Source: Candidatus Komeilibacteria bacterium
GTDB taxonomy: Bacteria; Patescibacteriota; Patescibacteriia; UBA1558
NCBI GenBank assembly: GCA_048538235.1
Contig: JBLYPX010000001.1
Location: forward strand, 679,554-743,553
Direction: 5' to 3'
Length of the DNA stretch: 64,000 nt
Under the pieces are notes generated by a model. It ran no database searches and was not told where the DNA came from. It saw nothing but the letters and a program-made list of their open reading frames with translations. The position numbers and the translations under genes were made by a program. Of this stretch, positions 41,019 to 52,343 are shown piece after piece. Positions within the stretch are counted from its first letter, which is position 1. Every line of letters begins with the position of its first letter.

Positions 41019-41047
41019 ATTATAACAGTAATTTACTAGTACGTCAA
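41019..41047 (-). promoter_or_regulatory. sigma70 promoter for the 243-aa plus giant-protein operon
   Basis: On the minus strand: TTGACG, a 17-nt spacer, then TATAAT (TTGACGTACTAGTAAATTACTGTTATAAT), just upstream of 40996. Confidence 0.55.
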
Positions 41048-41062
41048 AATGATAACAAACTA

Positions 41063-41908
41063 TTAAATTAGTAGTTTAGATAAGTGAATCCAATCATCAA
41101 TGCTGAGCTCTTGAGCTCTAATATTTTGATCTAATTTTAACTTATTTAACGAATTAGTAATAACCTCCTTATCTAAATGTAAACTATTACTTAAATTATT
41201 AACCAAAGTTTTTCTTTTATTTGAAAAACCACTTTTAACTACTGACCAAAAATCTTTCTCGCTTACTTTTTCTTTTTTAATAATATCTAAGAATCTATTA
41301 TCTATAACAATCTGTATAACAGCTGAATCTACTTTAGGTTCAGGCCAAAAACATGTCTTTGGTACTATTCTTACTATCTTAGGCACACCGTAAAACTGAA
41401 CACTTATTGCTAATTTACTTAAATCACCAGCTTTTGCTACTATTCTTTCTGCCACTTCTTTTTGTACAAGTAATGTTAAACTGCTTGGCTTTGGCTCAAA
41501 CGTTAAAAACTTTTGTATTATCTTTGAAGTTATTTGATAGGGTATATTTGCCACCACCATATAATCTTCTGTTAAGTGTTCAGCTATTTTATCATTCTTA
41601 ACTCTAAGAATATCTTCATTAATAATTTGTAAATTATTATTAACATCTGCTAACTTCTGAATTAAAGGTATTAATTGTTTATCATACTCTACTGCTAGCA
41701 CCTTACCAGCCTTTTTTATTAATTCTTTAGTCATAACACCAAGACCTGGCCCTATTTCTAATACATTATCTTCCTTTTGTATATCTGAAGATTCTAAAAT
41801 AGCTTCCAATATATCCTCACAAATTAAAAAGTTTTGTCCTGCGACAAAACCTGGCTTTATCTTATGAGCACGTATTAAATATTTTGTTTGTTCAAGTAGT
41901 TCTCCCAT
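41063..41908 (-). CDS. rsmA: 16S rRNA (adenine1518/1519-N6)-dimethyltransferase
   Basis: The RsmA/KsgA sequence starts at internal Met (MGELLEQTKYLIRAHKIKPGFVAGQNFL...LEIGPGLGVMT). The supplied ORF (to 42019) was extended upstream through the neighbouring gene, so I trimmed the start to 41908. Confidence 0.8.
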   Translation of the reverse strand: MGELLEQTKYLIRAHKIKPGFVAGQNFLICEDILEAILESSDIQKEDNVLEIGPGLGVMTKELIKKAGKVLAVEYDKQLIPLIQKLADVNNNLQIINEDILRVKNDKIAEHLTEDYMVVANIPYQITSKIIQKFLTFEPKPSSLTLLVQKEVAERIVAKAGDLSKLAISVQFYGVPKIVRIVPKTCFWPEPKVDSAVIQIVIDNRFLDIIKKEKVSEKDFWSVVKSGFSNKRKTLVNNLSNSLHLDKEVITNSLNKLKLDQNIRAQELSIDDWIHLSKLLI

Positions 41909-41910
41909 AT

Positions 41911-43077
41911 TTAGAGTAGAGTATATAGCCACGTAGCAATACCAGCTGTAATAAAGACAATATAGAACGGTAACAAACCACCCGTGAAGATGGATAATAA
42001 TCCAAATACCAATATACAAGTAATTAATTTACCAATAGCTAAAGATAGTTCAAAGACTAATACTTGGTGCATAACTGTATGATTCTTAGCATTCTCATAA
42101 GTTATGGCCGTTAAAGGAACAACAACTGTATTCTTAGAAATTCTAGATAAACCATCTACTAAAAATACTCCCCATTGACCTTGAATAATCATTCTTAAAA
42201 ACCAAGACAAGGAATAAAACATAGCACCACCCCTTAATATTTTCCTCTTGTCCATTTTATCTGACAACCTACCAATAACAAAGGTTACTAGCATAGTAAG
42301 AAAAGTAGTAACAGCAACCAGCCCACCAATAGAAAGCATATCTTTTACAAATAGCGATATAAATATTGGCCAGACAACTACTACTAATATTTCCTCACCA
42401 AAACCAAGATAGGCAAAAAACTTTTTTCTATTATTTTTATGGAATAGTCTTTTATAACTATACTCATAATCTACTGGATCTGAAACAAATCTTTCTTTAG
42501 TGAGCAACATCGGAACATTAGATAAAAGAAATATTGATGCTACTACAATAAATAAAACGTGAAATCCCCATTCGTGAAGAATAAACCCACCAACAACTGG
42601 TCCAATAATAAAAGTTAAAGAAGTAAGAATGTTTAGAGTGCCAATTTCTCTTCCCTCTTCTGAATCAGCTGAGTATTTAGAAAAATTTGCATGATAAGCA
42701 GGCCAATATAATGATTTCTGGGCTGCATAAAATAATGGAGTAATGTAGAAAAATATAGAATGAGCTTCAATTAAATATAAACCTAAATATAATAGTATCC
42801 AAAAAAATGTTCCATAAAACATGGTGTGTTCATAACCAAACTTTTCCGCCACTTTAGCTCCCAATGGAATACACAACACATAAAAGAAATATACCATCAC
42901 CCAAAACAACATTATTTGTTGTAATGAATAGCCCAACCTAAATAAATAAATTGGTTCAAAGATAAAAATTAAAGCTAAGCCAAAATTAAGAATTAAGGTA
43001 GCTGTAAATAGCTCCTTAATTTCTGGTTTCATTCTTTTTGGAAGAAAAGATATTAAATTATGGACTGCACGAATCAT
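41911..43077 (-). CDS. polytopic MFS-like transporter (paralog of 43930..45129)
   Basis: 388 aa with about 10-12 TM segments. It shares motifs with its paralog (FFAYLGFGEE vs FWAYFGDG; WPIFI; GRLSDK vs GDLTDK). Confidence 0.65.
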   Translation of the reverse strand: MIRAVHNLISFLPKRMKPEIKELFTATLILNFGLALIFIFEPIYLFRLGYSLQQIMLFWVMVYFFYVLCIPLGAKVAEKFGYEHTMFYGTFFWILLYLGLYLIEAHSIFFYITPLFYAAQKSLYWPAYHANFSKYSADSEEGREIGTLNILTSLTFIIGPVVGGFILHEWGFHVLFIVVASIFLLSNVPMLLTKERFVSDPVDYEYSYKRLFHKNNRKKFFAYLGFGEEILVVVVWPIFISLFVKDMLSIGGLVAVTTFLTMLVTFVIGRLSDKMDKRKILRGGAMFYSLSWFLRMIIQGQWGVFLVDGLSRISKNTVVVPLTAITYENAKNHTVMHQVLVFELSLAIGKLITCILVFGLLSIFTGGLLPFYIVFITAGIATWLYTLL

Positions 43078-43189
43078 AGAATCCTCAACTTTATTGCTTC
43101 TATTATAACACTATAAGCCCTCTGGACAAAAAAATATATATATTGTAAGACTATAGGACAGTTCGTTAACAAAAAACCTGGGAGGGGTT

Positions 43190-43900
43190 ATGAATAGATT
43201 TATAGATTATATCAGTACAGGATTATCAAGATTAAACGATTGGAGAGACACGTGGGTACAAAGCAAAATAAGGGCATATCTCCAAGATTTTAAACAAAGA
43301 TCTATTGCTAAAAAAGAGTACAGAATTGAAAAACTCTTTAAGCCGCTAATAGACAAAAAGATAACCACCGCGGCAAATCTAATATCTATATTTAGAGGTT
43401 TAATGGCTTTGCCACTTTTCATCTTTATACTAGATGAGAGGTTTGGACTGTCGCTTGCATTTTTTATCTTCATAATGATACTTGATGCGGTTGATGGACC
43501 ACTTGCAAAGGTATTAAATGAACAAAGCGACTTAGGAGAAATTCTCGATCCTACTGGAGACAAGCTAGTTTTTGCAGCAGTGTTTCTAACTCTAGGCTCT
43601 GGCTATCTTTCTACCTGGTTGTTTACCTCAATTATTATTATTGAATTAATAATTGTGGCAATGGCTCTACTGCTTAGACCAATAGGTAAAAGATTAAACA
43701 TTACGTTTAAAAAAAATGCCACCATATGGGGTAAAATTAAACTCACCCTACAAACATTTGGGTGTGGTTTTATCCTAGTAGACAAATTAGGCTTTGTAAG
43801 GATGACACCAATTGTTAGTACAATCTTTATTACTTGCCTAGTATTGGCAATAGCTTCAATCTTCAACTACTTTAAAAGTGTTGAAAAAACGACCCTATAA
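43190..43900 (+). CDS. CDP-alcohol phosphatidyltransferase family protein
   Basis: 236 aa, polytopic, with the family motif D-x2-DG-x2-A(K)-x8-G-x3-D-x3-D (DAVDGPLAKVLNEQSDLGEILDPTGDK). Confidence 0.75.
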   Translation: MNRFIDYISTGLSRLNDWRDTWVQSKIRAYLQDFKQRSIAKKEYRIEKLFKPLIDKKITTAANLISIFRGLMALPLFIFILDERFGLSLAFFIFIMILDAVDGPLAKVLNEQSDLGEILDPTGDKLVFAAVFLTLGSGYLSTWLFTSIIIIELIIVAMALLLRPIGKRLNITFKKNATIWGKIKLTLQTFGCGFILVDKLGFVRMTPIVSTIFITCLVLAIASIFNYFKSVEKTTL

Positions 43901-43915
43901 CCAGGGTCGTTTTAC
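43883..43915. terminator. bidirectional rho-independent terminator
   Basis: AAAAAACGACCCT-ATAACC-AGGGTCGTTTTAC sits between the convergent genes. Confidence 0.65.
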
Positions 43916-43929
43916 TTTTACAAATATTT

Positions 43930-45129
43930 TTATTCAGATTTTTCTAAATCATAATCCACTTGATGAAGCATGGCGTTCATTAACAAAGAAGATACAGCTG
44001 CTATTATGAATGTATAATTGATTGGTAAATAAATTGCTAAACCTATCATAAGAATAAGAGCTACCACTCTACCAAAATTTAAAATCATTTCTCTAACAAC
44101 TGTATATTCATCCATAAAATGACCCCAATCCGCAGATTGATCATACATACTAGCATCAAAAGGAGTACGCATAATAATTGCTGCTAAATTATGGTACGCA
44201 GAAATAATAAACACATGAAAAGCAGTTACTACAAAAATCTTAAACAACCAACCAATTGAATATAGTAAAGTTCCGGCTCTTAAAATTTTATTCTGATCAT
44301 ACTTATCTGTTAGATCTCCAACTACTAATCTTAAAACCATACTTACTAAAATAACCAGAGCGGTTATAAATCCAACCGACTGGTAACTTTCATCAAATAA
44401 TAGCCATATAAATATTGGCCAAATAACAGAACCAACCATAGATTGCATGCCGTCGCCAAAATATGCCCAAAAAGTTGTTCTATTCTTTTTATCAAAAACT
44501 TCTTTAACTGTTCTCTTAACTGACCAGGTAAAGCTTTCATTAACAGCTGGAAGAGTAAGCAATGGGAATATAGATAACATTTGAATAATCAAAACAAGGA
44601 TAAACAAATAATTAAATCCAAAAGTTACGATTAAGAAACTACTTACCAAAGGAACAAATATCTGAATTGTATCTGACATTAATGTTAATAATGCCATTTC
44701 CCTACCACGCCTACCAGAGTGCGAGAATGAAGCAAAGCTAGTATGATAAGGTATCCAATACATAGCCTTATATATATTAAGCAAAAAGTAAGCAAGCATA
44801 CCCATCCATAAAAAATTAATTTCTGCAAAATATAGAGTGGCATAAAAAGCACAAATAAAAGGTGTTGAAAGTATGATAGACTTCCTAATACCAAGTTTAT
44901 TCATTAATTTAGCACCTGGTATTACCATTAGCATTTGTAAACCAAAGTTCCAAACGTACAAAAGCATTACAACTACTAAAGATAAATCAAAATGAATATA
45001 CCAAAATACTGGCAAAAACAATGCCAGTAAACTTCCTGCTACAGAACTTAAAGTTCTATTTGTGTATAGTAGTGCTAAACCTTTAGATATCTTTGTCCTT
45101 TGATAATCTCCTAAAATTCTTAATCCCAT
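43930..45129 (-). CDS. polytopic MFS-like transporter (paralog of 41911..43077)
   Basis: 399 aa with multiple TM segments and motifs shared with its paralog. Confidence 0.65.
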   Translation of the reverse strand: MGLRILGDYQRTKISKGLALLYTNRTLSSVAGSLLALFLPVFWYIHFDLSLVVVMLLYVWNFGLQMLMVIPGAKLMNKLGIRKSIILSTPFICAFYATLYFAEINFLWMGMLAYFLLNIYKAMYWIPYHTSFASFSHSGRRGREMALLTLMSDTIQIFVPLVSSFLIVTFGFNYLFILVLIIQMLSIFPLLTLPAVNESFTWSVKRTVKEVFDKKNRTTFWAYFGDGMQSMVGSVIWPIFIWLLFDESYQSVGFITALVILVSMVLRLVVGDLTDKYDQNKILRAGTLLYSIGWLFKIFVVTAFHVFIISAYHNLAAIIMRTPFDASMYDQSADWGHFMDEYTVVREMILNFGRVVALILMIGLAIYLPINYTFIIAAVSSLLMNAMLHQVDYDLEKSE

Positions 45130-45140
45130 TTTTGTTTTAT

Positions 45141-47513
45141 TTAAATAACAATATTAACTAATTTATTTGGAACATAAATTACTTTCTTTGGCTCATTACC
45201 TTCCAAAAACTTTTGTACTCTTTCCGAGCTTTTAACAAGCTCTTCAACTTCTTTCTGAGTTATACCAACTTTAACATTTAGTTTATCTCTGACTTTACCA
45301 TTAACTTGAAACACTAATTCAAAACTATCTTCTTTCAAATATTTCTCATCATAATTTGGCCACTTTTCTTTAAAGATAGATTCTTTATTACCCAAGTTAA
45401 ACCACAACTCTTCACATAAATGAGGAGCAAAAGGAGCTAGTATGATTAAGAATTTTTCATACGATTCTTTATCTAAAGCCTTTACTTCATTGATTAAGAT
45501 CATCATAGCAGAAATAGCTGTATTAAATCTAAAGTCAGCAATATCTTCTCCTACCTTTTTAATGGTTTTGTGTAACAAAGAAATATGACTATCTCCTAAA
45601 TTAATATCTTCAACTTTTAATGCATTCACCTTATCTAAAAATCTTCTAATTCCAATAATACCCTTTGTATCCCAAGGCTTTGCATCCTCAAGTGGACCCA
45701 TAAACATTTCATACATTCTTAATGTGTCTGCACCATATGCTTCAACAACTTCATCTGGATTAATTACATTACCACGAGACTTAGACATCTTTTCTCCGTC
45801 AGGTCCTAAAATAAGGCCTTGGTTAATTAACTTTGCAAAAGGTTCTTCAATAGGAACATGACCTAAATCAAATAAAACCATATTCCAAAAACGTGCATAT
45901 AGTAAATGTAATACTGCATGTTCTGCACCTCCAACATATACATTTACTGGTAACCAATGTTTTAATTTCTTTTTATCTGCAAATTCTTTTGAATTAGTAG
46001 GATCAATAAATCTTAACCAATACCAAGATGATCCAGCCCATTGAGGCATGGTGTTTGTTTCTCTCTTTGCAGACGCCTTACACTTTGGACACTTAACATT
46101 TACCCATTCTTCAATACCACCCAGTGGTGATTCACCTGTACCAGTTGGTTCATACCTATCTACTTCAGGAAGCTCTAAAGGTAATTCTTTCTCATTAACA
46201 GGTAAAATACCACATTTATCACAATGTATTAATGGAATTGGCTCACCCCAATATCTTTGTCTAGAAAACACCCAATCACGTAGTTTATAATTTATAGCTG
46301 CCTTACCTAACTTTTCTTTTTCTAACCACTTAATAATTTTTTTCTTAAAATCTTGTGTCTTTAAACCATCATATTCACCAGAGTTCACAGCAATGCCATC
46401 GCCAGCAAATAATTCATCATCTCCGCCTTCAACAACTTTAATAATTTCTAAACCATATTGCTTGGCAAACTCATAGTCTCTTTCATCATGAGCAGGTACT
46501 GCCATAATTGCACCCGTGCCATAGGAAGCCAAAACATAGTCTGCGACCCAAACAGGTATCTCTTTATTATTAACTGGATTGATTGCTTTTATACCTTTTA
46601 ATTCAACTCCAGTTTTTTCTTTAGCCAAATCTGTTCTTTCTAAGTCAGATTTATTTTTAGCATTTTCTATATATTCTACAACCTCAGTATAATTATCTAT
46701 CTTATCTTTAAACTTTGTAATCATTTCATGTTCTGGAGCTACTACCATATAGGTTGCGCCAAATAAAGTATCTGGTCTAGTAGTAAACACTTTTAATAAA
46801 TAATCCTCTATCTTAAAATCTACCTCAGCTCCTTCTGACCTACCAATCCAATTCTTTTGTAAGGCCTTAATAGATTCTGGCCAATCTAATTTATCTAAAC
46901 CATTAAGCAATCTGTCTGCATAGGCTGTAATTTTTAACATCCATTGCTTCATATCTTTCTTTTCAACTTCAGTATGACATCTATCGCACTTACCTTGTAC
47001 TACTTCTTCATTAGCAAGGCCTGTCTTACATGAAGGACACCAATTAATTGGTACTACTGCCTCATAAGCAAGTCCCTTATTAAATAATTGTAAAAATATC
47101 CACTGCGTCCATTTAAAATATTCTGGATCGGTTGTATTAACTTCTCTTGACCAATCATATGAAAAACCTAAAGACATTATCTGTCTTTTAAAGTTGGCAA
47201 TATTTTTAATAGTTGTTTCTCTTGGATGAGTACCGGTTTTAATTGCATAATTCTCAGCTGGAAGTCCAAAAGCATCCCAGCCCATTGGATGTAAAACATT
47301 CATTCCCTTAAACCTTAAATACCTACAATATATATCTGTAGCTGTATAACCCTCTGGGTGACCAACATGAAGGCCTTGTCCAGAAGGATAAGGAAACATA
47401 TCTAAAACATAGACATTGTCTTTTTTTGAATCGCCATTGCACTTATTCACTTGCCATTCCTCCCACTTTGTCTGCCACTTTGGCTCTATTTCTTTGTGAT
47501 TATATTTATCCAT
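45141..47513 (-). CDS. leuS: leucyl-tRNA synthetase
   Basis: 790 aa with HIGH (LHVGHPEGY), KMSKS ([10 protein letters not shown]), and LeuRS-type CP1/Zn and anticodon-binding regions. Confidence 0.9.
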   Translation of the reverse strand: MDKYNHKEIEPKWQTKWEEWQVNKCNGDSKKDNVYVLDMFPYPSGQGLHVGHPEGYTATDIYCRYLRFKGMNVLHPMGWDAFGLPAENYAIKTGTHPRETTIKNIANFKRQIMSLGFSYDWSREVNTTDPEYFKWTQWIFLQLFNKGLAYEAVVPINWCPSCKTGLANEEVVQGKCDRCHTEVEKKDMKQWMLKITAYADRLLNGLDKLDWPESIKALQKNWIGRSEGAEVDFKIEDYLLKVFTTRPDTLFGATYMVVAPEHEMITKFKDKIDNYTEVVEYIENAKNKSDLERTDLAKEKTGVELKGIKAINPVNNKEIPVWVADYVLASYGTGAIMAVPAHDERDYEFAKQYGLEIIKVVEGGDDELFAGDGIAVNSGEYDGLKTQDFKKKIIKWLEKEKLGKAAINYKLRDWVFSRQRYWGEPIPLIHCDKCGILPVNEKELPLELPEVDRYEPTGTGESPLGGIEEWVNVKCPKCKASAKRETNTMPQWAGSSWYWLRFIDPTNSKEFADKKKLKHWLPVNVYVGGAEHAVLHLLYARFWNMVLFDLGHVPIEEPFAKLINQGLILGPDGEKMSKSRGNVINPDEVVEAYGADTLRMYEMFMGPLEDAKPWDTKGIIGIRRFLDKVNALKVEDINLGDSHISLLHKTIKKVGEDIADFRFNTAISAMMILINEVKALDKESYEKFLIILAPFAPHLCEELWFNLGNKESIFKEKWPNYDEKYLKEDSFELVFQVNGKVRDKLNVKVGITQKEVEELVKSSERVQKFLEGNEPKKVIYVPNKLVNIVI

Positions 47514-47584
47514 ATTATATTATTAATAACTACTCCAGTTTAACAGAAAAAATGGGTAAAATCAACTAAAAAATAGGGCATATA

Positions 47585-47613
47585 TTGACCACATACGCTA
47601 AATAGGGTATATT
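47585..47613 (+). promoter_or_regulatory. sigma70-like promoter upstream of the LysM/M23 gene
   Basis: TTGACC, a 17-nt spacer, then TATATT. Confidence 0.4.
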
Positions 47614-47739
47614 TTACTTCGTTATAAACTTAATAGCTTTTGGCTGGTTGTCTAAATTATTTTTAAACAAAAAACCAATTGCTATAGGATATACAATCGT
47701 ATAAGTTTACGATTTAAACAATTTGGATTAAAACTAGTT

Positions 47740-49041
47740 TTGACTTTAATGAAGTTGTTTTATTATATTGGACGCGGCTTTTGGTCCGCTTTTTTGTTTA
47801 TCACAAAACCAATAGTTTGGCTCTTTAATATTAGTTTTAAAATATTACTTGTTCCTTTTTATTCATATATAAGAAAAGTAATATTTTGGACTAGAGAAAT
47901 TTATAGGAATAAAAATAAAATATATAAAATTGCGTCAAAATATTTATCTTATTCTATTTTAATACTGCTAGTATTACTTACTGGCTGGCAAGGACTTGAA
48001 GCTAAAAATGTTACGCCTGAAGAATTTGGAAAAAACTCATTAATTTATTCTTTAACAACTACTGGTGAAGATTTTGCAGAGAATGAAGAAATAATTGAAG
48101 GACCTATTAGTGGTAATGTTGCTCCGACTGATCACTTTTTAGACGATGCAGTATTAAGTGAGAATGATTTTATTATAGAACCAGACATTCCGTCATCATG
48201 GCGAGACAGTTTAGCTATTCTAACTCCAGATGAATCTGCTTTAGAAGCTCCAGATATTAGTGACCCATCCTTAGTACAAACAAAGAGATCTGAATCTATT
48301 GAATACATTGTTGAAAGCGGAGATATATTAGGAAGTATTGCTGAAAAGTTTGAACTAAATATCTCATCATTATTATGGGCTAATGATCTAAGTTTTTATA
48401 GCACTATTAGACCTGGTCAAAAATTAATAATTCCTCCTGTTGATGGATTAAGTTATAAGATAAAAAAGGGAGACACTTTAGAATCTATTGCTAAAAAATA
48501 CCAATCAGATATAAATGATATAGTTGAATTTAACAAACTTGTATCTGTAAATGATATTGTGGCTGGTCAAGAGATTATGATACCTGGTGGTGTTAAACCA
48601 ACTGTTGTTGCACCAACTCCTACACGTACAATTGCTAGCGTGTTTACCAAACCAGTAACAACTCCTGCTACAGAAACTGGGGGTAAATTACTATGGCCAA
48701 CTAGTTGTAGAACTATTACTCAATATTATGGTTGGCGTCACTCTGGACTTGATGTCGGTTGTCCTACTGGACAACCAATCTATGCATCTGAAGCTGGTAA
48801 AGTAACAACTGCTGGTTGGAATAATGGTGGTTATGGTTATTATGTAATTATTAACCATGGTAATGGACTTGAAACATTGTATGCTCACGCATCTAAGCTT
48901 TATGTTCAAAAAGGAGAGTCTGTATCTAGGGGAGATATTATAGCTGCTATTGGTTCAACTGGTAGATCAACTGGGCCACACATTCACTATGAAGTTAGAG
49001 TTAATGGGGTAAGAAAGAATCCGCTGGAATATATTAAATAG
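47740..49041 (+). CDS. LysM-domain M23 family metallopeptidase (cell-wall hydrolase)
   Basis: 433 aa with an N-terminal TM and two LysM repeats (YIVESGDILGSIAEKF..., YKIKKGDTLESIAKKY...). The C-terminal M23 has HxxxD and HxH-type motifs (GLDVG...YAHASKL...GPHIHYEV). Confidence 0.85.
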   Translation: MTLMKLFYYIGRGFWSAFLFITKPIVWLFNISFKILLVPFYSYIRKVIFWTREIYRNKNKIYKIASKYLSYSILILLVLLTGWQGLEAKNVTPEEFGKNSLIYSLTTTGEDFAENEEIIEGPISGNVAPTDHFLDDAVLSENDFIIEPDIPSSWRDSLAILTPDESALEAPDISDPSLVQTKRSESIEYIVESGDILGSIAEKFELNISSLLWANDLSFYSTIRPGQKLIIPPVDGLSYKIKKGDTLESIAKKYQSDINDIVEFNKLVSVNDIVAGQEIMIPGGVKPTVVAPTPTRTIASVFTKPVTTPATETGGKLLWPTSCRTITQYYGWRHSGLDVGCPTGQPIYASEAGKVTTAGWNNGGYGYYVIINHGNGLETLYAHASKLYVQKGESVSRGDIIAAIGSTGRSTGPHIHYEVRVNGVRKNPLEYIK

Positions 49042-49049
49042 ATATAACA

Positions 49050-49083
49050 AAAACACCCCCGGTATATCCGGGGGTGTTTTTTA
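49050..49083. terminator. bidirectional rho-independent terminator
   Basis: ACACCCCCGG-TATAT-CCGGGGGTGT gives a 10-bp GC-rich stem followed by TTTTT. It sits between the convergent M23 gene and gyrA. Confidence 0.7.
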
Positions 49084-49089
49084 TTAACT

Positions 49090-51633
49090 TTAAACAAATG
49101 TTAATTTTGCAGCCTTATCTTCAGGATCTTTAAATTTCATTAATCTCACACCCTGTGTATCTCTACCAATAACATTAACCTGTTTTATCTTAAGTCTAAT
49201 AACTTGTCCTTTTTCAGATATAATAACTATATCTTCTTTCTCACGCTTAGCGTCTACTATAAATCCGTTAATAATGGTGCCGGTCTTGGCTGTTATCTTA
49301 GCTGTTCTAATACCAGTGCCACCTCTATGTTGAATCTTGTAAGCGTTTAACTTTGTTCTCTTACCATAACCATTAGTCATAACAACTAATAATTGTTCAG
49401 TTGAGGCTGCTTTACCACCATCTAAGATATCCATACCTACAACATGATCATCACCTTTAAGTTTTATACCCCTAACACCAGCTGCTGCCCTACCCATTTC
49501 TCTAACATCTTCTTCTTTAAATCTAATTGCTTGTCCATTGGCAGTAATTAAAACTATATTATCTTTACCACTACTTGGCTTAACCCATTGCAAAGCATCG
49601 CCATCTTTAAGTTTAATAGCAATAAGTCCAGATCTTCTAACATTAGAAAATGAATCTAAAGACACTCTCTTGATAAAAGCACCTTTAGTAACCATAACTA
49701 AGTTTTTGAACGAGGACATGTCTTCTAAAGAAAGAATTGAAGACACTTTTTCTTCTGGGGCAAGTTGTAAGAAATTTACAATAGCCTGTCCTTTAGCTTG
49801 TCTACTACCACTTGGCACTTCATATGACTTTAATTTGAATACTCTACCACGAGTAGTAAAGAACATTAAGTCTGCATGGGTATTAGTGGTGAAGAAATGC
49901 TCTACCATATCTTCTTCTTTGGTGGTTAAACCAATAACGCCCTTACCGCCTCTAGATTGAGCTCTAAAAGTATCCGGTGGTAAACGTTTAATGTATCCAT
50001 CACGTGTTACCATAATAACAGTAGGTTCATTTGGTATTAAATCTTCAGCTGAGAATTTATTAACCGCGGACTTAACAACCTTAGTTCTTCTTTCATCGCC
50101 ATACTTTTCTTTAAGATCTTTAAGTTCTTTCTTAATAATATCTAAAATCTTCTTAGAACTGTTTAATATGGCTGTTAATTCTTTAATTAAAGTTTTCTTT
50201 TCTTTCAATTCTGTTTCAACTTTAACTCTTTCTAAGTTAGCAAGTTGTTGCAACTTCATTTCTAGAATTGCAGTTGCCTGAATTTCACTAAGCTTAAATT
50301 TCTTTACCAAATTAATCTTAGCATCATCCCTATCTTTAGATTTTTTAATAGTTGTAATAACTTTATCTATATCGTGAAGAGCAAGTACCAAACCTTCTAA
50401 AATATGTGCTCTATCTTTAGCTTTATCTAAATCAAACTGTGTACGTCTTCTAACAACTTCCTGCCTATGTTTGATAAACTCTTCCAAAACCATCTTTAAT
50501 GTTAAAACCTTTGGTTGAATACCATCTACCAAAGCTAACATATTTACATGAAAGCTAGTCTGTAACTGAGTTTGTTTGTATAGAGCATTAAGCACTTTCT
50601 TTGGATAAGCATCTTTCTTTAATTCAATAAAGACTCTAACACCATCTTTATCTGACTCATCTCTTAAATCTCTAATGCCATCTAATTTCTTATCCTTAAC
50701 TAGATTAGCAATAGTTTCAATCATAGTTGCTTTGTTCACCTGGAATGGAACCTCAGAAATTACTATATTAAATCTACCTTTATTATCTTCAACTATTTCT
50801 GCCCTACCTCTAATTACAATAGATCCTTTACCAGTAGCATAAGCAGATTTAATTTCATCAATATTATATATAATGCCACCCGTTGGGAAGTCTGGTCCTG
50901 TAACAAACTGCATTAAATCATCTACTGTTGCATCCTTATTATCTATTAAATGTGTAATACCATCGATCAATTCTGTTAAATTATGTGGCGGTATATTTGT
51001 AGCCATACCAACAGCAATACCCATAGTACCATTAAGTAATAGGTTTGGAAGTTTAGCTGGTAAAACAGATGGCTCTTTTTGTGATCCATCATAGTTTGGT
51101 ATGAAATCTACAGTATCTTTTTCTAAATCATATAGCATCTCCTCAGCAACATTTCTAAGCTTAGCTTCTGTATAACGCATAGCAGCGGCTGAGTCACCAT
51201 CCATAGAACCAAAGTTACCTTGTCCATTTACAAGTGGATAGCGCATTGAGAAATCTTGAGCCATACGGACCATAGATTCGTATACAGCTGAATCACCATG
51301 AGGATGATACTTACCCAAAACTTCACCAACAACTGTTGCTGACTTTCTATGTTTTGCTCCAGCTTTCAAACCAATACTCCACATAGCATAAAGAATGCGT
51401 CTGTGTACTGGCTTCATACCATCACGAACATCTGGTAAGGCTCTTTGCACAATAACACTCATCGCATAATCTAAATACGATGTTTCCATCTCAGTTACTA
51501 TTTGTAAGCCCTCAATTCTTCCGCCTGGAGAGGAAACAACTTTAGCAGATTTCTTAACCTCCTTTTTTACTGACTTTTTCTTTGCTACTTTTTTAGGAGC
51601 AGCTTTTCTTTTGGGTTTATTCTTTGCTACCAT
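49090..51633 (-). CDS. gyrA: DNA gyrase subunit A with Lys-rich N-terminal extension
   Basis: 847 aa with the active-site Tyr motif ([10 protein letters not shown]), a QRDR-like region and C-terminal beta-pinwheel repeats. The first ~35 aa are [33 protein letters not shown]. Confidence 0.9.
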   Translation of the reverse strand: MVAKNKPKRKAAPKKVAKKKSVKKEVKKSAKVVSSPGGRIEGLQIVTEMETSYLDYAMSVIVQRALPDVRDGMKPVHRRILYAMWSIGLKAGAKHRKSATVVGEVLGKYHPHGDSAVYESMVRMAQDFSMRYPLVNGQGNFGSMDGDSAAAMRYTEAKLRNVAEEMLYDLEKDTVDFIPNYDGSQKEPSVLPAKLPNLLLNGTMGIAVGMATNIPPHNLTELIDGITHLIDNKDATVDDLMQFVTGPDFPTGGIIYNIDEIKSAYATGKGSIVIRGRAEIVEDNKGRFNIVISEVPFQVNKATMIETIANLVKDKKLDGIRDLRDESDKDGVRVFIELKKDAYPKKVLNALYKQTQLQTSFHVNMLALVDGIQPKVLTLKMVLEEFIKHRQEVVRRRTQFDLDKAKDRAHILEGLVLALHDIDKVITTIKKSKDRDDAKINLVKKFKLSEIQATAILEMKLQQLANLERVKVETELKEKKTLIKELTAILNSSKKILDIIKKELKDLKEKYGDERRTKVVKSAVNKFSAEDLIPNEPTVIMVTRDGYIKRLPPDTFRAQSRGGKGVIGLTTKEEDMVEHFFTTNTHADLMFFTTRGRVFKLKSYEVPSGSRQAKGQAIVNFLQLAPEEKVSSILSLEDMSSFKNLVMVTKGAFIKRVSLDSFSNVRRSGLIAIKLKDGDALQWVKPSSGKDNIVLITANGQAIRFKEEDVREMGRAAAGVRGIKLKGDDHVVGMDILDGGKAASTEQLLVVMTNGYGKRTKLNAYKIQHRGGTGIRTAKITAKTGTIINGFIVDAKREKEDIVIISEKGQVIRLKIKQVNVIGRDTQGVRLMKFKDPEDKAAKLTFV

Positions 51634-52343
51634 TATTTTATATTTGAAATTATTAATTTAATTATTGAATCTAACTCTTCATCTAGAGTATATTCTAAAC
51701 TATATACTAATTCATTCTTCTCCCAATAGATTACACCCGTATCTCTATCTTCTTTATAATCTACCTCATACATTTCTAATTCAGTATTTGTATCTATAGC
51801 TACATAACCTGTAATATTTCCTAAATCTCTATTAATCTGCTCATCTAAATATTCTGTTAGTGGTAAGGAATTAATATTGTCTGGCAAATCCTCAACAGAA
51901 TACTTATTGATTGTTAAATAGATATTGTCTTCTAAGCCCAATTTAATCATATTGTCTTCAGTGGATAATATCCAATCTGCTGGATATTTAAAGCTAATAT
52001 TCTCACCAGCATATTCAAGCCAAGAATCTAACTTTATTGTTTCTAATTTATTCTTAATTGTTTCTACTATTTCTACGTTCTGCTTCTCTTGGTTAAACTT
52101 ATTCTTTAAACTATCTGCAACATTACTTAAATTTACATCATTGCTTGAAAGTTCTGTATTAAAATTTTCTAAACTCTTTTCAAAATTAGCAAGTAGATTC
52201 TGAACAGAACCTTCATCCTTGTTCTTATCTGCGTTGAACAAAGTAAAGCTTAAAGACATAATCCAAGCAATAATTATAACAGCTAAAAACACACTGACAA
52301 TAGCTGTCATCTGTTGTCTTTTTGCTTGTCTGTCTTTTGTCAT
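51633..52343 (-). CDS. membrane-anchored hypothetical protein
   Basis: 236 aa with a single N-terminal TM. Its stop overlaps the gyrA start, and its start abuts the upstream ORF. Confidence 0.5.
   Translation of the reverse strand: MTKDRQAKRQQMTAIVSVFLAVIIIAWIMSLSFTLFNADKNKDEGSVQNLLANFEKSLENFNTELSSNDVNLSNVADSLKNKFNQEKQNVEIVETIKNKLETIKLDSWLEYAGENISFKYPADWILSTEDNMIKLGLEDNIYLTINKYSVEDLPDNINSLPLTEYLDEQINRDLGNITGYVAIDTNTELEMYEVDYKEDRDTGVIYWEKNELVYSLEYTLDEELDSIIKLIISNIK

Noticed and set aside
41909-42019. N-terminal 37-aa extension of the rsmA ORF in the supplied track
   Set aside because: The extension (MYIGIWIIIHLHGWFVTVLYCLYYSW…) overlaps the 3' end of the upstream MFS gene in another frame. 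Canonical RsmA starts at the internal Met (MGELLEQ…), so I trimmed the start to 41908.
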